A stretch of DNA of 64,000 bases, from positions 16,746,834 through 16,810,833 of the forward strand of contig NC_068998.1 in assembly GCF_001194135.2 (NCBI RefSeq), read 5' to 3'. A program made the translations under genes and the position numbers. Shown piece after piece: positions 37,601-49,400 of this stretch (its first letter is position 1; the number at the start of each line of letters is the position of its first letter). Under the pieces are notes generated by a model. The model was not told the origin of the DNA. It was given only the letters and a program-made list of their open reading frames with translations, and searched no databases. The DNA comes from Octopus bimaculoides. Lineage: Eukaryota.

Positions 37601-38386
37601 AAAGTAAGAGATGAGGGTGTTGGTGGAGCCCTACTTGGTAGGGAAGATATTACTAAAATATCTGGGCCAAAATGAAAATGTTGACACAACAGCAGTGAGA
37701 ATGAGGTTGCTATTGATAGAACATTTGTTAAGACTAGACTGGTTACCCCTCCCAGCAAGATTGTGAAGAAGGAAAAAGAAAGAGTTGCTACCCACAAGGA
37801 AGATATTGTTTCAAATTTTCACATAAGCCCAGTTATTTTGGGGAAGGGGTAAGTTGATTACATCAACCCCAGTGCTCAACTGGTGCTTATTTTATTGACC
37901 CTGAAAGGAGGCAAAGCTGACCTCAGTGGAATTTGAATAAAATACTACTATCCATTTTGCCTGGCATTCTAACAATTCTGCCTTCTATTTTGCCAATAGA
38001 GAAGGCACCTAAATATCACCATTTCAGTACCTAGGTATTTCATTTCCAGTTAATTCTTCAGCTCTTTAGTTCTTGATAGTTTATTACTTTCACCCTTTCG
38101 CATTCAAATGGAAAAGACCCCCTTCAATCATGAATGACCATGGGATTGCACTTAGGAAGTTCCTTCTGAGGCACAAGTCCGGGTAAAGTTGTTTATGGAA
38201 GACCAGCAGTTGCCCATACATACCAGCCTACTTTCTCATGCCACTCTCAGATAGGTTTCCTACATGGGTTAAATTATGTTAGGATCACTTTGATGGAAAG
38301 TACTACATGTGAATTTTTTGATGGAGGAGAGGAAGGAAATATTTGGCTTTACAGTATTTGCTAATTTATCAAGAAGCAGTGAACAC

Positions 38387-38421
<35 letters not shown>

Positions 38422-39499
38422 TGTCTGTCTGTCTGTCTGTGATTCAAATTGATGTAAAGAGATTAAGGAAAACAATAGGATGATACTGTGTTAGAAACCT
38501 GGAGAAAGAGTTTACTATTTCAATCTATTCCAGTTCATAAATGTGGAAGTATTTGTGTACCTGTGTGTGTATGTATGTATGTGTGGGTGGGTTGGTGTTT
38601 GTATGTGTGTATCTGTGTTCCCCGTGCTTTCTTTTATGGTGAGTGTGTCAATCGTCTGTCTTCAAAGGATACTGAAGGAATGGAAAGAATCAAAATAGAA
38701 TTAAGGTTGCTTGAATAAATGAAATATCTTCATGATTGTCATACAAACTACTCACAGGAGCAACCAAGGGAAACTCTACTTGGTCCAAACGACTAGAAAT
38801 ACCAGCCAACTCTCTCTTGAATCACACCTGCTATCTTAAAAATGTATACATTGGACAAAGATATACAAATGACTGATGTAATGGAATGTCTTTAATCATA
38901 GGTGAGCTCAATGGGGACTGAAATGAAACTACAACAACTACTACTACTTAGATGCCTCTGACCATAACCACAAAAATGGACAGTACAATCATGCATAAAA
39001 ATATTTATCTGAAAATGATCCACATGTAGGCACAGGTGTGGCTGCATGGTAAGGAGCTAGCTTCCCAGCCACATGGTTCTGGATTCAGTGTCACTGCATG
39101 GAAACTTGGGCAAATATCTTCTACTATAGATTTGGGCCAACCAAAGCCTGGTGAGTGGATTTGATAGAAAGAAACTGAAAGAAGCCCATCGTATATATAT
39201 ANNNNNNNNNNNNNNNNNNNNNNNNNNNNNNNNNNNTAATATAAGGAAAATGGAGAGTTTGAACACAGAAAAAAATCAATTTATATAAATATAGTAGTCA
39301 ATTTCATGTCACCTATGTACTTTTCAATTTCTTACCTTCATTCATATTATGCAATTAAGATCGCGTTATGCATTTAAAAGGTAAAAATCTCTTCAGGGCA
39401 AAAACTGACAAATATTCGTTCATATCCTAATGGATGGAGAATTGCTTATAGACTGAGAGAGCAGCATGTGTTTGTGTTTGTCAGTATGTGTATCTTTTG

Positions 39500-40260
39500 G
39501 ATTCCTTTCTAAAAATAGCTTGAGGTTAAACTACGACCACAGTGGACAATGGCTAGTTGTAGTTCAGAGGAACAAGGTCATACTACAACCAGACATTTTC
39601 ATAGAGAACGCATTTCTTGTCACCAGTCACTATTCAGTCCAAAAACGGTTCATTTGTGAGACGTGACAGCAAAGGAGAGCACACATTCACTCTCTGCACA
39701 TGATTAGACTGGGAAAGTTTGAGGAACCCTTTGACATAATTTGCTGACTTTTCCGATGACACACAGGTGTCAATGAATGGTTGAATGATTAAATTCAAGC
39801 TTCTCTGTTAGTTCCTCAACAGTTATGATGGGATTTTGTTCTACCAGGGTATGCAGGACATCCTTTTTGAGCTCTACAGATCTTCCAGGATGAGGCTCAT
39901 CTAGGCTGTAGTTTCCAGCTTGGAATTTCTAGAACCATCATTGACACTGGCTTACACTTATTGTCCAATTCCCATATACTTCATTAATATTCCTCGCACA
40001 CTTTCCGTTGTGTTGTTGTCTTTATTGAACTCATAAAGCAAAATATACTGAATATGCTCCTTTCTCACTTCCATTATAGCTTTTAGAAAAATAACTGTTA
40101 AAATCAGACTGCACTCTTCAAAACTTGCACTAAGAATAAGGACAAGGTAAAATTATTTCCAGCTTTTATTGCAAGTGGATGCAGGTAGTTTATCCCATCC
40201 CCCTCCGACTTTTAGTTCATGCAATTGAAAAAACCGCATTATTTATTGCATAACCTAACA
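39500..40260 (-). mobile_element. Mariner transposon remnant (5' TIR + N-terminal half of transposase pseudogene)
   Basis: TIR-like ttaggttatgcaataaataatgcggtttt next to TA at 40261. ATG at 40074 starts MEVRKEHIQYILLYEFNK; then TVEELTEKLEFNHSTIH*HL...; then LTNEPFLD*IVTGDKKCVLYEN (first catalytic Asp motif). Has stops and frameshifts. Confidence 0.88.
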
Positions 40261-41599
40261 TATATAAATGCGCGCGCGTGTCTGTCTGTCCTTGTCTCTC
40301 CCACCATCACAAGACAACTGATGTTGGTGTGTTTATGTTCCCATAACTTAGCAGCTTGGCAAAGGAGACTAATAGAATAACTACTAGGTTTACCAACTGA
40401 AACCCTTTAAGGTGGTGCTCCAGCATAACCGCAGTCCAATGACCGAAACATGGAAAAGAATAAAGGAATATCTGGAAATACTAAAGGTTTATGATGACTG
40501 ATAATAAACATTTATTGGAAAAAAAACTTGGATGTGGGATTAAATTAGCCAAGGATATAATGGGAATAGCTTTGCAAAATAAATCAGGTTAGATAACTCT
40601 TTGATAATCCCCTACCATTAGATATTTTGTCTCTTATTCTTATGATTTAGTCAAAGATTGAAAGATAGCACCCATGATCATCATCATCATCATCATCGTT
40701 TAACGTCCGCTTTCCATGCTAGCATGGGTTGGACGATTTGACTGAGGACTGGTGAAACCGGATGGCAACACCAGGCTCCAGTCTGATTTGGCAGAGTTTC
40801 TACAGCTGGATGCCCTTCCTAACGCCAACCACTCAGAGAGTGTAGTGGGTGCTTTTACGTGTCACCCGCACGAAAACGGCCACGCTCGAAATGGTGTCTT
40901 TTATGTGCCACCCGCACAAGCCAGTCCAGGGGCACTGGCAACAATCTCGCTCGAAAATCCTACAGGAGCCAGTCAGGCGGTACTGGCAATGGCCACGCTC
41001 AAAATGGTGCATCTCATGATGTGTATAGAAATAAGTAAGTCATGACTCAAGAGATTGCTGTATTAAGAAGTACCATATCATCATATCAAATCAGTATCTG
41101 ATCTGAATACTTACAACAGAGTGGACCCTCTCAAAAAGTGTCCAGTGGGCTATATGCTAGTTAAGTCAGTCAATTGATTAGGATTCATGGTTTAACTATT
41201 TATAAGATTTCTCTATTTGCTTTGGTAATTTGACTGTGTTTGAATTCAGAAGTGTACAACAAGTACATCTTTGCTCTATGTAAAATCTTACCATTCATTT
41301 CCATTATTGTTTGTGTCACTAAATATGAAATCTAGTAAACATGGTGGTAGGATTTATATTTGTGGGAACAATACAATATGTTAGTTATAACTTCCATTAA
41401 TTGTAAGTTATAACTAACGTATCTGCTAACCTATTGAAAGTCTCACATTCCAAGCAGCAACGATTGACCACTTCATGAAATTGACCTCTGGGTTGCCTGT
41501 ATTAAAACCAAGTACTTGCTCGTAAATACTTTTTCTGTTGTTTATTGGCAGGTAGACCCTATTAGCATGTCAGACTATATCAGTTAAATAAAGGAACAC

Positions 41600-41827
41600 A
41601 TTACTCTCTCTCCCTCTCTCTCTTGTTTGATGCTTTCTCTCTCCCTCTCTCTCACACACATTCTTCTGCCACTTTCTTTCTCTCACACACACATTCCTTA
41701 TCTCTCTCTCTCTCTCTCTCTCTCACCATACTCTTACCTCTTTCTCTGTCTCTTTTCACTTCTCTCTCTCACTCTCTCATACACACATGCACACATTCTT
41801 CTGCCACCTTCTTTCTCTCACACACAT

Positions 41828-41860
<33 letters not shown>

Positions 41861-41870
41861 AACTAGCATT
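41600..41870. repeat. Compound (CT)n/(CA)n low-complexity tract with an internal duplication
   Basis: cacacattcttctgccac..tctttctctcacacac occurs twice. Confidence 0.8.
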
Positions 41871-42126
41871 GATAACTGTTCTCTGGGTCTAATGTGTAGG
41901 CTGTAGTAAAGTAAATAGGTACTTTACCCATAGAATATATATTCAAATCTTCTCAAGAAAAGTTTAAATGTCTAACTTCTAAGATAGTTATAGTATGTAT
42001 AGTTTATCTTACATCACAATTTGTGAAAAATACCATGTTTGCTGAAAGGTTTCCATTGAAACACACACTGGTTCACTGCATTTCTGATGGCTTGAGTAAC
42101 AAAAGAATGTCTCTCTATCCATCTAT

Positions 42127-42168
<42 letters not shown>

Positions 42169-42610
42169 AGATAGACAGACAGACATGTGTAGCTTGTAAA
42201 GACTAAAACTCCCATCAAATGAGCAAGGCTGCAGCTGAGGTAGGTGGCTTTATTCAAAGAGATGAGGGATTAAGCCATGAGAGAAAGGACCTGAACAGAA
42301 CAGGGTGGATGCTGTAGATGAGCTACAGTGCTCCTCATATTGCAGAAAAATGGGTGAATACATACAGTGCTGGTGTCTGGTAAGAAGCACCCATGTTGGT
42401 GTCACGTAGGGTTCTCCCAGTACACTCTGTAAAGTGGTTGGCATTAGGAAGGGCATCCAGCCATAGAACCCATGACAAAACAGATGCCTGAAACCTGGTA
42501 CAGCCCTCTGGCATGCCATTCAACCCATGCCAGCATCTGAATACTGAGTTCAGCAATGTTTTGTAAGTGAATTTGGTTGATAGAAACTGTATGGAAGCCT
42601 GTTGTGTGTG

Positions 42611-42651
<41 letters not shown>

Positions 42652-43242
42652 CACACACGTGTGTGTTTGTACCCCTACTACATGACAACTGGTGTTGTTT
42701 TGTTTATGTCCCTATAACTTAGCAGTGGAGCATAAGAGACTGATAGAATAAGTGTCAGACTTTATAAAAGAAATGTAAGCACTAGGGTTCGATTTGACTA
42801 AATCCTTCAAGGGGCTGCCTCAGCATGGCTACAATCCAATGACTGAAACAAGTAAAACATAAAGATAACAGAAACATGAAATTAACCGTGAAATAGTTGG
42901 ATATTTTAATAAATCTCCAAAATATGATTATTTTCAAAATAAATTGAAACAGTTTTCTTTCATTAGAAATACGGTCACAAATGGGTTCAAAGAATCTTCT
43001 GAAATAATATTGTTTCATGTTATTTGTTTAAGCATAAAATAAACAAATTGTTTTAATAACCATCTAAGTATCATGCTCAATATATATACACTGTTGATCG
43101 GCCAGTTACTGTGATAGTTATCTTGCTATAACATCTCTTATGGATGTTTGAATGATTTATTCACTTTTTCCTATAGAAGAGGTGACGAATTCTCATTCAG
43201 TCATGTGGTTGACTGAGTATCTACCATTGTAAAGGTGTAAAA

Positions 43243-43537
43243 CGGGTTTTCAAACTTTTTGACTTGCGGACCCCTTTATATTTCAGGCTTTACCTTAGGA
43301 ACCCCCTTATAAACGCTTATGAAATTTATACATAAATATTTGCTTAAAATAACATATATTTTTACATTTATTTACTTTACAGTATTTAACAAATAGGTTT
43401 GTTGTCAATTAAAAGATTTCGATTAAAAAACATATATAAAATCAAATTGCCCATAAAAAGTATTTGCTGTCCACGGACCCCCTGTCTTGTCCTTGCAGAC
43501 CCCCTGTGGTCCGCGGACCAGAGTTTGAAAACCCCTG
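43243..43537. mobile_element. hAT (Charlie-like) MITE
   Basis: TIRs cgggttttcaaact / agtttgaaaacccctg. 8-bp TSD GTGTAAAA / GTCTAAAA. Confidence 0.82.
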
Positions 43538-43838
43538 GTCTAAAACACCCAAAATGCATCTGGTATTTTTATGGGCCACTACTGGAATGAATTTTCATAT
43601 CCCTTCAGATATTTTTTGTGTTTTCAACATAGCATATCCATAAGAGATGTTATCTCGGTACAAATACTGCTGTAATTGACCCATCAACAAGGTATACACA
43701 TTCACCATGATATATAGATGGTTATTTAAATTTAATACTGTTTCAATTGCATATACTGGATTTTTATTATTTTGAGTATTAATTAAGGACTCTTTTAGAC
43801 TTATCCATAAAAGTAATGTATTTTCTATTTAATTTCAG

Positions 43839-43969
43839 TTCTACAGCCTGGACTATGAAACCATCTCTTGCTTGACCACTTTTGAACATCTGATCTATGT
43901 ATGTCAGAGCAAACCAGGACATAGCTTTGAAAACTCTTCTTTTAATCCAAGTAACCGTGGTGTAAACTG
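43839..43969 (+). CDS. SZT2: SZT2 internal exon A (first exon found in window), phase 0 to 2
   Basis: tttcag acceptor and TG|gtaagt donor. Encodes FYSLDYETISCLTTFEHLIYVCQSK..., similar to human SZT2 [25 protein letters not shown] (recalled). Phase joins exon B. Confidence 0.88.
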
Positions 43970-44029
43970 GTAAGTTATCCAAATCTCTTAATAGTAGCAT
44001 TGACTTGGATTTTACAACTGGCAAGAGTA

Positions 44030-44454
44030 CCATAAAACCTTGAGTATAGTCCGCCCTTTAGTATAATACGCAGGGGATTTTTAGGGAGCTGTACCTCTGA
44101 AAAACCTAAATCTTGTGTATAATACGCACCCCTTCTCTAACTTGAGTCAAGGAGGTCTAAATAACATCCTTGGTTTATAAACGTATATACAGTAACGTCC
44201 TTTATTATTATTGTATATGTAACATAATGCAAACATGTAGCTTTTTTGTGCACTTTGTTGGCAGAAAATAAAGAAATAACAGTAATAACGTCAGTGAAAA
44301 ATAAATATTAAATTAATTGCCTTTACGTATTTATCACTTAGAAAATTTTGCTTAGAAAATATTTTTCATTTTTAACCTCGTATATAGTACACACTAGAAA
44401 TTTTGACCTTTAAATTTTGGGAAAAAAGTGCGGATTATACTCGAGGATTTACGG
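44030..44454. mobile_element. Tc1/mariner (pogo/Tigger-like) MITE
   Basis: TA|ccataaaaccttgagtatagtccgc ... gcggattatactcgaggatttacgg|TA. Confidence 0.82.
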
Positions 44455-45050
44455 TATTTGAGTAGGACTTTGAAATTACCTCTAATAATCCCTAGTCATT
44501 TTCAATTCAGGTTTAAGGTGGTGATCTGGCAAAATCAGTAGTGTATTGGAGAAAAAGATTTGCAATATTTCTTGCAGCTCTTTACATTCTGAGTTCAAAT
44601 CCTGCCAAGGTGGACTTTGCTGTTTATCTTCTTTGGGTCAATAAAATAAAGTACCAGTCAGATTTTTTTTCTATTCAAGTTGGTAGAGTGTGATTTGAGG
44701 GAGATTTGGCTGCTATTTCTAACAGGTCGATGTGGTGACTAAGAGGCACCAACACAATATATTGTTATGATATTATGCTGATGTTGTCTAACTACAACCT
44801 CAGTTTATTATTAAGTTTTAATTAGACTTTGGTCAAGGTTTTAATTGAAATTTTAGAATTATTTTTTACTCTATTCAGAGTTATCCTTCCTTGGTATGTT
44901 TTGGTTACAGCTGGGACACATTTCATTAGTCTCAGCTCATTTGAAGCTGACCTAGGTCTAACACTTTATCACTTAAATTGGTTATATTCAGCCAAAATAT
45001 TCTACCTTTTTTTTTTACGTTCAAGCTGGTCAGATGTGATCTCTGACACC

Positions 45051-45432
45051 TTGTTGGCACTCTGTCACTTACGACGTCGAGGGTTCCAGTTGATCTGATC
45101 AACGGAACAGCCTGCTCGTGAAATTAACGTGCAAGTGGCTGAGCACTCCACAGACACATGTACCCTTAACGTAGTTCTCGGGGGAGATTCAGCGTGACAC
45201 AGTGTGACAAGGCTGACCCTTTCAATTACAGGCACAACAGAAATGGAAGTAAGAGTGAGAGAAAGTTGTGGTGAAAGAGTACAGCAGGGTTCGCCACCAT
45301 CCCTTGCTGGAGCCTTGTGGAGCTTTAGGTGTTTTCACTCAATAAACACTCACAACGCCCGGTCTGGGAATCAAAACCGTGATCCTATGACCGCGAGTCC
45401 ACTACCCTAACCACTGGGACATTGCGCCTCCA
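45051..45432 (-). mobile_element. SINE family C (head 2 + body alpha) with 14-bp TSD, inserted in a piggyBac-like MITE
   Basis: TSD TGATCTCTGACACC at 45037-45050 and 45433-45446. Flanks match the 33778 MITE. Confidence 0.92.
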
Positions 45433-45874
45433 TGATCTCTGACACCAACCATACAATATCATTCTAAAAGCTAACAGTCATCTCATCAAAATCTCAAAGC
45501 TATGATATAATGCATGATTAATTCAAAATAATGTGAATAAATAAGCTTTACATTTGACAGAATATTGTGAAAGCTAAATGACAAGCAACAACTACATCAG
45601 CAAAATAGTTGAAAAGCAGTCAGCCATGGTTTTTATTCTAACCCTATGAATTTTTTGACGATTGAAATTCCTAACTACTGTCTATGAAGTACAGATTTTT
45701 CTGACAACACTTGGATTAAATTCACTTTGAGCTTTCCTCACCATCTAATCCAGCTTATTTGGATTTATTACATTGCCCATCATAATCTTACATAGTGTTT
45801 TTTAGAGGGAGGTTAGGAGCAAAACCCTATATCATTAAAGAGCTGGTTGAAGAAAGATTTTGCTAAATGACTAA

Positions 45875-45911
<37 letters not shown>

Positions 45912-46061
45912 ATGTTGGGTGTCCATAGCAGTATATTACTGTCAAGTTCTTGCTTATTTCTCTGGCATTGTCCTGCATAATCCATGTTTCTCTCTACTAA
46001 CATTAGCAATTATAAAGATTGCTATTAAGTCATCTACAGAAATAACTAAACAAATGGAAAG

Positions 46062-46185
46062 AACATTATTTACATTTGATGGATATTTGTCCTCATCTTG
46101 TTTGTTGTTAACACAACGTTTCAGCTGATATACTCTCCAGCCTTCATCAGATGTCTTGGGGAAATTTTGAACCTAGTCTCAGGGT
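46062..46185 (-). mobile_element. Penelope-like element pseudo-LTR remnant (hosts the hammerhead motif)
   Basis: CTGATGAAGG...GAAACGTTG motif followed by an A-rich 3' end resembles PLE pLTR ends. No RT or GIY-YIG ORF seen. Confidence 0.5.
46110..46155 (-). ncRNA. Minimal type I hammerhead ribozyme motif
   Basis: Minus strand reads GACAT-CTGATGA-A-GGCTG-gagagtatat-CAGCT-GAAA-C-GTT-GTGTT: both core boxes, stem II, stem I (GACAT/GTGTT) and a palindromic ACGT in place of stem III. Confidence 0.6.
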
Positions 46186-46848
46186 TGGTGTTAGAAGTGT
46201 TAAACACAAACTAGAAACTGGAAAAGCATGAATGGCAAAGTCAACATCTGAGAAAACTGGCTTTGAACTGAATACAATAGAGAAAGGTAGAGATTCTTTT
46301 CTAGGCAATGGTAACAAATCTTTTTTGTATCTGTTGACTTATAAAACAACTTTTTCACCTTAAATCAACCACCAAAATGTGGGTGGGCATCTAATACTTA
46401 AAGTATATAGTCATCATTGTCATCATAATCTTCATTATCATCATCATCATCCGTCTGTTTTCTATGCTGGCATGGGTTAGATGGTTTCACTGAAAACTGG
46501 TCTGCACCTTGAAGCATTTTTAGTTGAATGAATCGACCCCAGTACTTGTTTTGTTTTTCAAGCCTCATACTTATTCTATTGTTTGCTTTTGTGGAACTGT
46601 TAAGTTACGGGGTCATAAATACAACAACAGTTGTCAAGCAGTGGTGGAGGACATCCTGAAACTCAAAGACACACACACACACACACACATATATGACACG
46701 CTTCTTTCAGTTTCCACCTACCAAATCTGCTTACAAGGCTTTGGTCAGCCCAAGGCTATAGTTGAAATCATTTGCTCAAGATGTATATATGTATAATTTG
46801 TCTACTGTTTCTCTCTCTCTCTATTTTCTTTTATTTTTACATTTCTAG

Positions 46849-47006
46849 TTCTGGTTCAGAAAGGTTCCAGCCTAATGATCCAACAGAAGATCCCTACTTG
46901 AATCTTTCAAATAATCATGTTTGCACAATTCCCTTCCCATACAATTTGCTGGTGCTTCTTCCACGTTGCCAACAAGCACAGTTGCTATTTTCTGCATATA
47001 CTGTCA
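46849..47006 (+). CDS. SZT2: SZT2 internal exon B, phase 2 to 1
   Basis: ttctag acceptor, A|gtaagt donor. Encodes HVCTIPFPYNLLVLLPRCQQAQLLF, similar to human [25 protein letters not shown] (recalled). Confidence 0.92.
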
Positions 47007-47597
47007 GTAAGTATAGTAGTTTATGTCATTAAGTAGTCTGTTTGTGTATGTGTGTGTATTTTCTAAGCAAGAATAGTATTGATAGTGACTTCGAAGTTTC
47101 AGATAACTAAGCCATCATCAAACAGTTTGATGATGATTTAGCTGGCTGAAACTTTGAAGTCACTGTCAATGCTATTCTTGTTAAAGAATAATAAATTTGT
47201 ACTCTCTCAAATGTATTGAGTAATCCTTTAATTTAATGTGAAATTGTTATTATCACATACACACATACATATACAAAGTGAGAGAGAGATAGAGAGGGAG
47301 AAAGCCATTTTAATTTCTCTGCAGTTTTCAATGTTACTCATTAGATTAGGATGTTAGTGGCTCAATATTCCACAGGCTGAGTACCCTTCAAGAGAGAATC
47401 AGCATGATAGTGTGTGAAAAGACTGATCTTTTGAATTAACTTGTTGGATAAGAAGTTTGCTTCCCATCCACAGTGTTCCAGGTTAGTTCCCAATGCATGG
47501 CACCTAGGGCAAGTGTCTTCTAATTTAGCCTTGGACTGATCAAAGATTTGTGAGTGGATTTGGTAGATGAAAACTGAAAGAAGCCTGTTGTGCATAT

Positions 47598-47629
<32 letters not shown>

Positions 47630-48069
47630 TTGTGTCTGTCTGTGTTTGATCCCCACTACTACTTGACAACCAGTGCTGGTGTATTTATGTCCCCCTAACT
47701 TAGTGGGTCAGCAAAAGAGACTGATAGGATAAGCACCAGGTCTTAAAAAAATAAAGTCCTAGGGTCAGTTCATTCGACTAAAATAAATTCTTCAAAGTGG
47801 TGCCCCAGCATGACCACAGTCTAATGACTGGAACAAGTAAAAGAAGATAAAAGTAGATAGACAAACAAACAGACAGACAGACAGTTATATATGTAATTCC
47901 AAAGATTGGTCTTGCTACACACTGTTATACTGATTCTCTCTGGTTCTTGAAAATTATGTGAAGGCCTGTGGCTATGGTATAAAATGTCATGCAATAAGAT
48001 CAAACTGAGAACCTCATGATTATGAGATGAACGTTTTAACATTTGACTGCGCCCGTGTACATGTATCCA

Positions 48070-48425
48070 CCACAAGGTGGATATCCTTGTCGCGCTGTGG
48101 TTTCTTATGTTGGGGCCTCCCTTGCCGGACCAGCCATAAGAGAGAGGCCAGACTAATATGAACCACCTCTTCCCAGGGGTAAAAATGAGTTTGCATAGGA
48201 TCAGTACTGCAATCAGAATAAGGTAAATTTACAGAAGCTTTGATGACAGTTCAAAGACAACAAAACCAAGGAGAGGAAGTGCTTATGTGGTGCAGCACAA
48301 TCTGAAAGGAAGCTGCAAGACCAACTCCCCATCTGGCCACCAGGACAGCCCAGAGGCAGGAACAGTGGAGAAAAGTTAACAATGGCCTATGCTCTATAAG
48401 GAGTGAAGGGCTTAAGTAAGTAAGT
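48070..48425 (+). mobile_element. Second RTE-like remnant: GC-rich 5' region plus 3' end with (TAAG)n tail
   Basis: 3' end reads TAQRQEQWRKVNNGLCSIRS then taagtaagtaa, typical of RTE ends (AQDR..WR....GLCS). Assignment of the 5' part is inferred. Confidence 0.6.
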
Positions 48426-49154
48426 AAACACACACACACATACACACACATCCATCCCCCCTCTCTCTCTCTCACTCTTGTACATTTGTTTCTGCATGTA
48501 TGAATAATTGCAGTTGTTATGCAGTTATTTGTACAGCTGCTGTTTCTTCTTCAGAATTTCATATTTAATTTATGTATGTCTTAAAGCCCACAGAATAGCT
48601 GTATGCATTTGAAGAAAAGAATGACTTGTCTCTGTTTTTGTGATGTTTTATTAACCTGAATAATGTTTATATGCTGTATACGTGGTGTGTTTAAGTGGTT
48701 AATTTCACAGACATTCTAGTCTTGACCATTCCAAATTTCAGACCTAGTCTCGCATTACATAATCACTTCCATAATCCTCGTCCATATGCATCACGTCACC
48801 ATACCAGTGCAGTCTTATTTCAGGTGCATGGCTCAGTGGTTAGAGCATTGGGCTCACAACCATAAGGTAGTGAGTTCAATTCCCAGACTGGGTTGTGTGT
48901 TGTGTTCTTGAGCAAGACACTTTATTTCACACTGCTTCAGTTCATTCAGCTGTAGAAATGATTTGCGACATCACTGGTGCCAAGTTGTGCCTTTTCCTTG
49001 GATAACATAAGTGACATGGAGAGGGGAGGCTGGTATGCATGGACGGCTACTGGTTTTCCTTAAACAGCCTTACCTGGACTTGTGCCTCAGAGAGGAACTT
49101 TCTAGGTGCAATCCCATGGTCATTCATGACTGAAGGGGATTTTTTACCTTCTTT

Positions 49155-49400
49155 CAGGCATCAGATGTAGTGTGTAAGAAAGAAAACTGTGCTGGTATTG
49201 TCATGTGATGCATATGGATGAGGACAGTTGAGTAAAGAAGTGATGATATCTATTTGTGGAGGGAACCTGTGCAAGAGGTAGACCCAGAAAGACATAGGAC
49301 AAGGTGGTGAAATATGATCTTTGTATGTTGAGTCTCATGGAGGTGATGACAAGTGACCTAGACTTCTGGTGATTTGCTGTGCTTAGAAGACCAAGCCTTG
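49155..49400 (+). pseudogene. RTE LINE ORF2 C-terminus remnant
   Basis: Reads KLCWYCHVMHMDEDS*VKK...VEGTCARGRPRKT*DKVVKYDL..., matching the RTE LRWYGHV.RM....GRGRPRKTW motif. Family D 3'UTR follows downstream. Confidence 0.85.

Noticed and set aside
37580-37800. Purine-rich coding-looking stretch
   Set aside because: Two in-frame stops, no splice sites and no recognisable family. Probably an old LINE relic.
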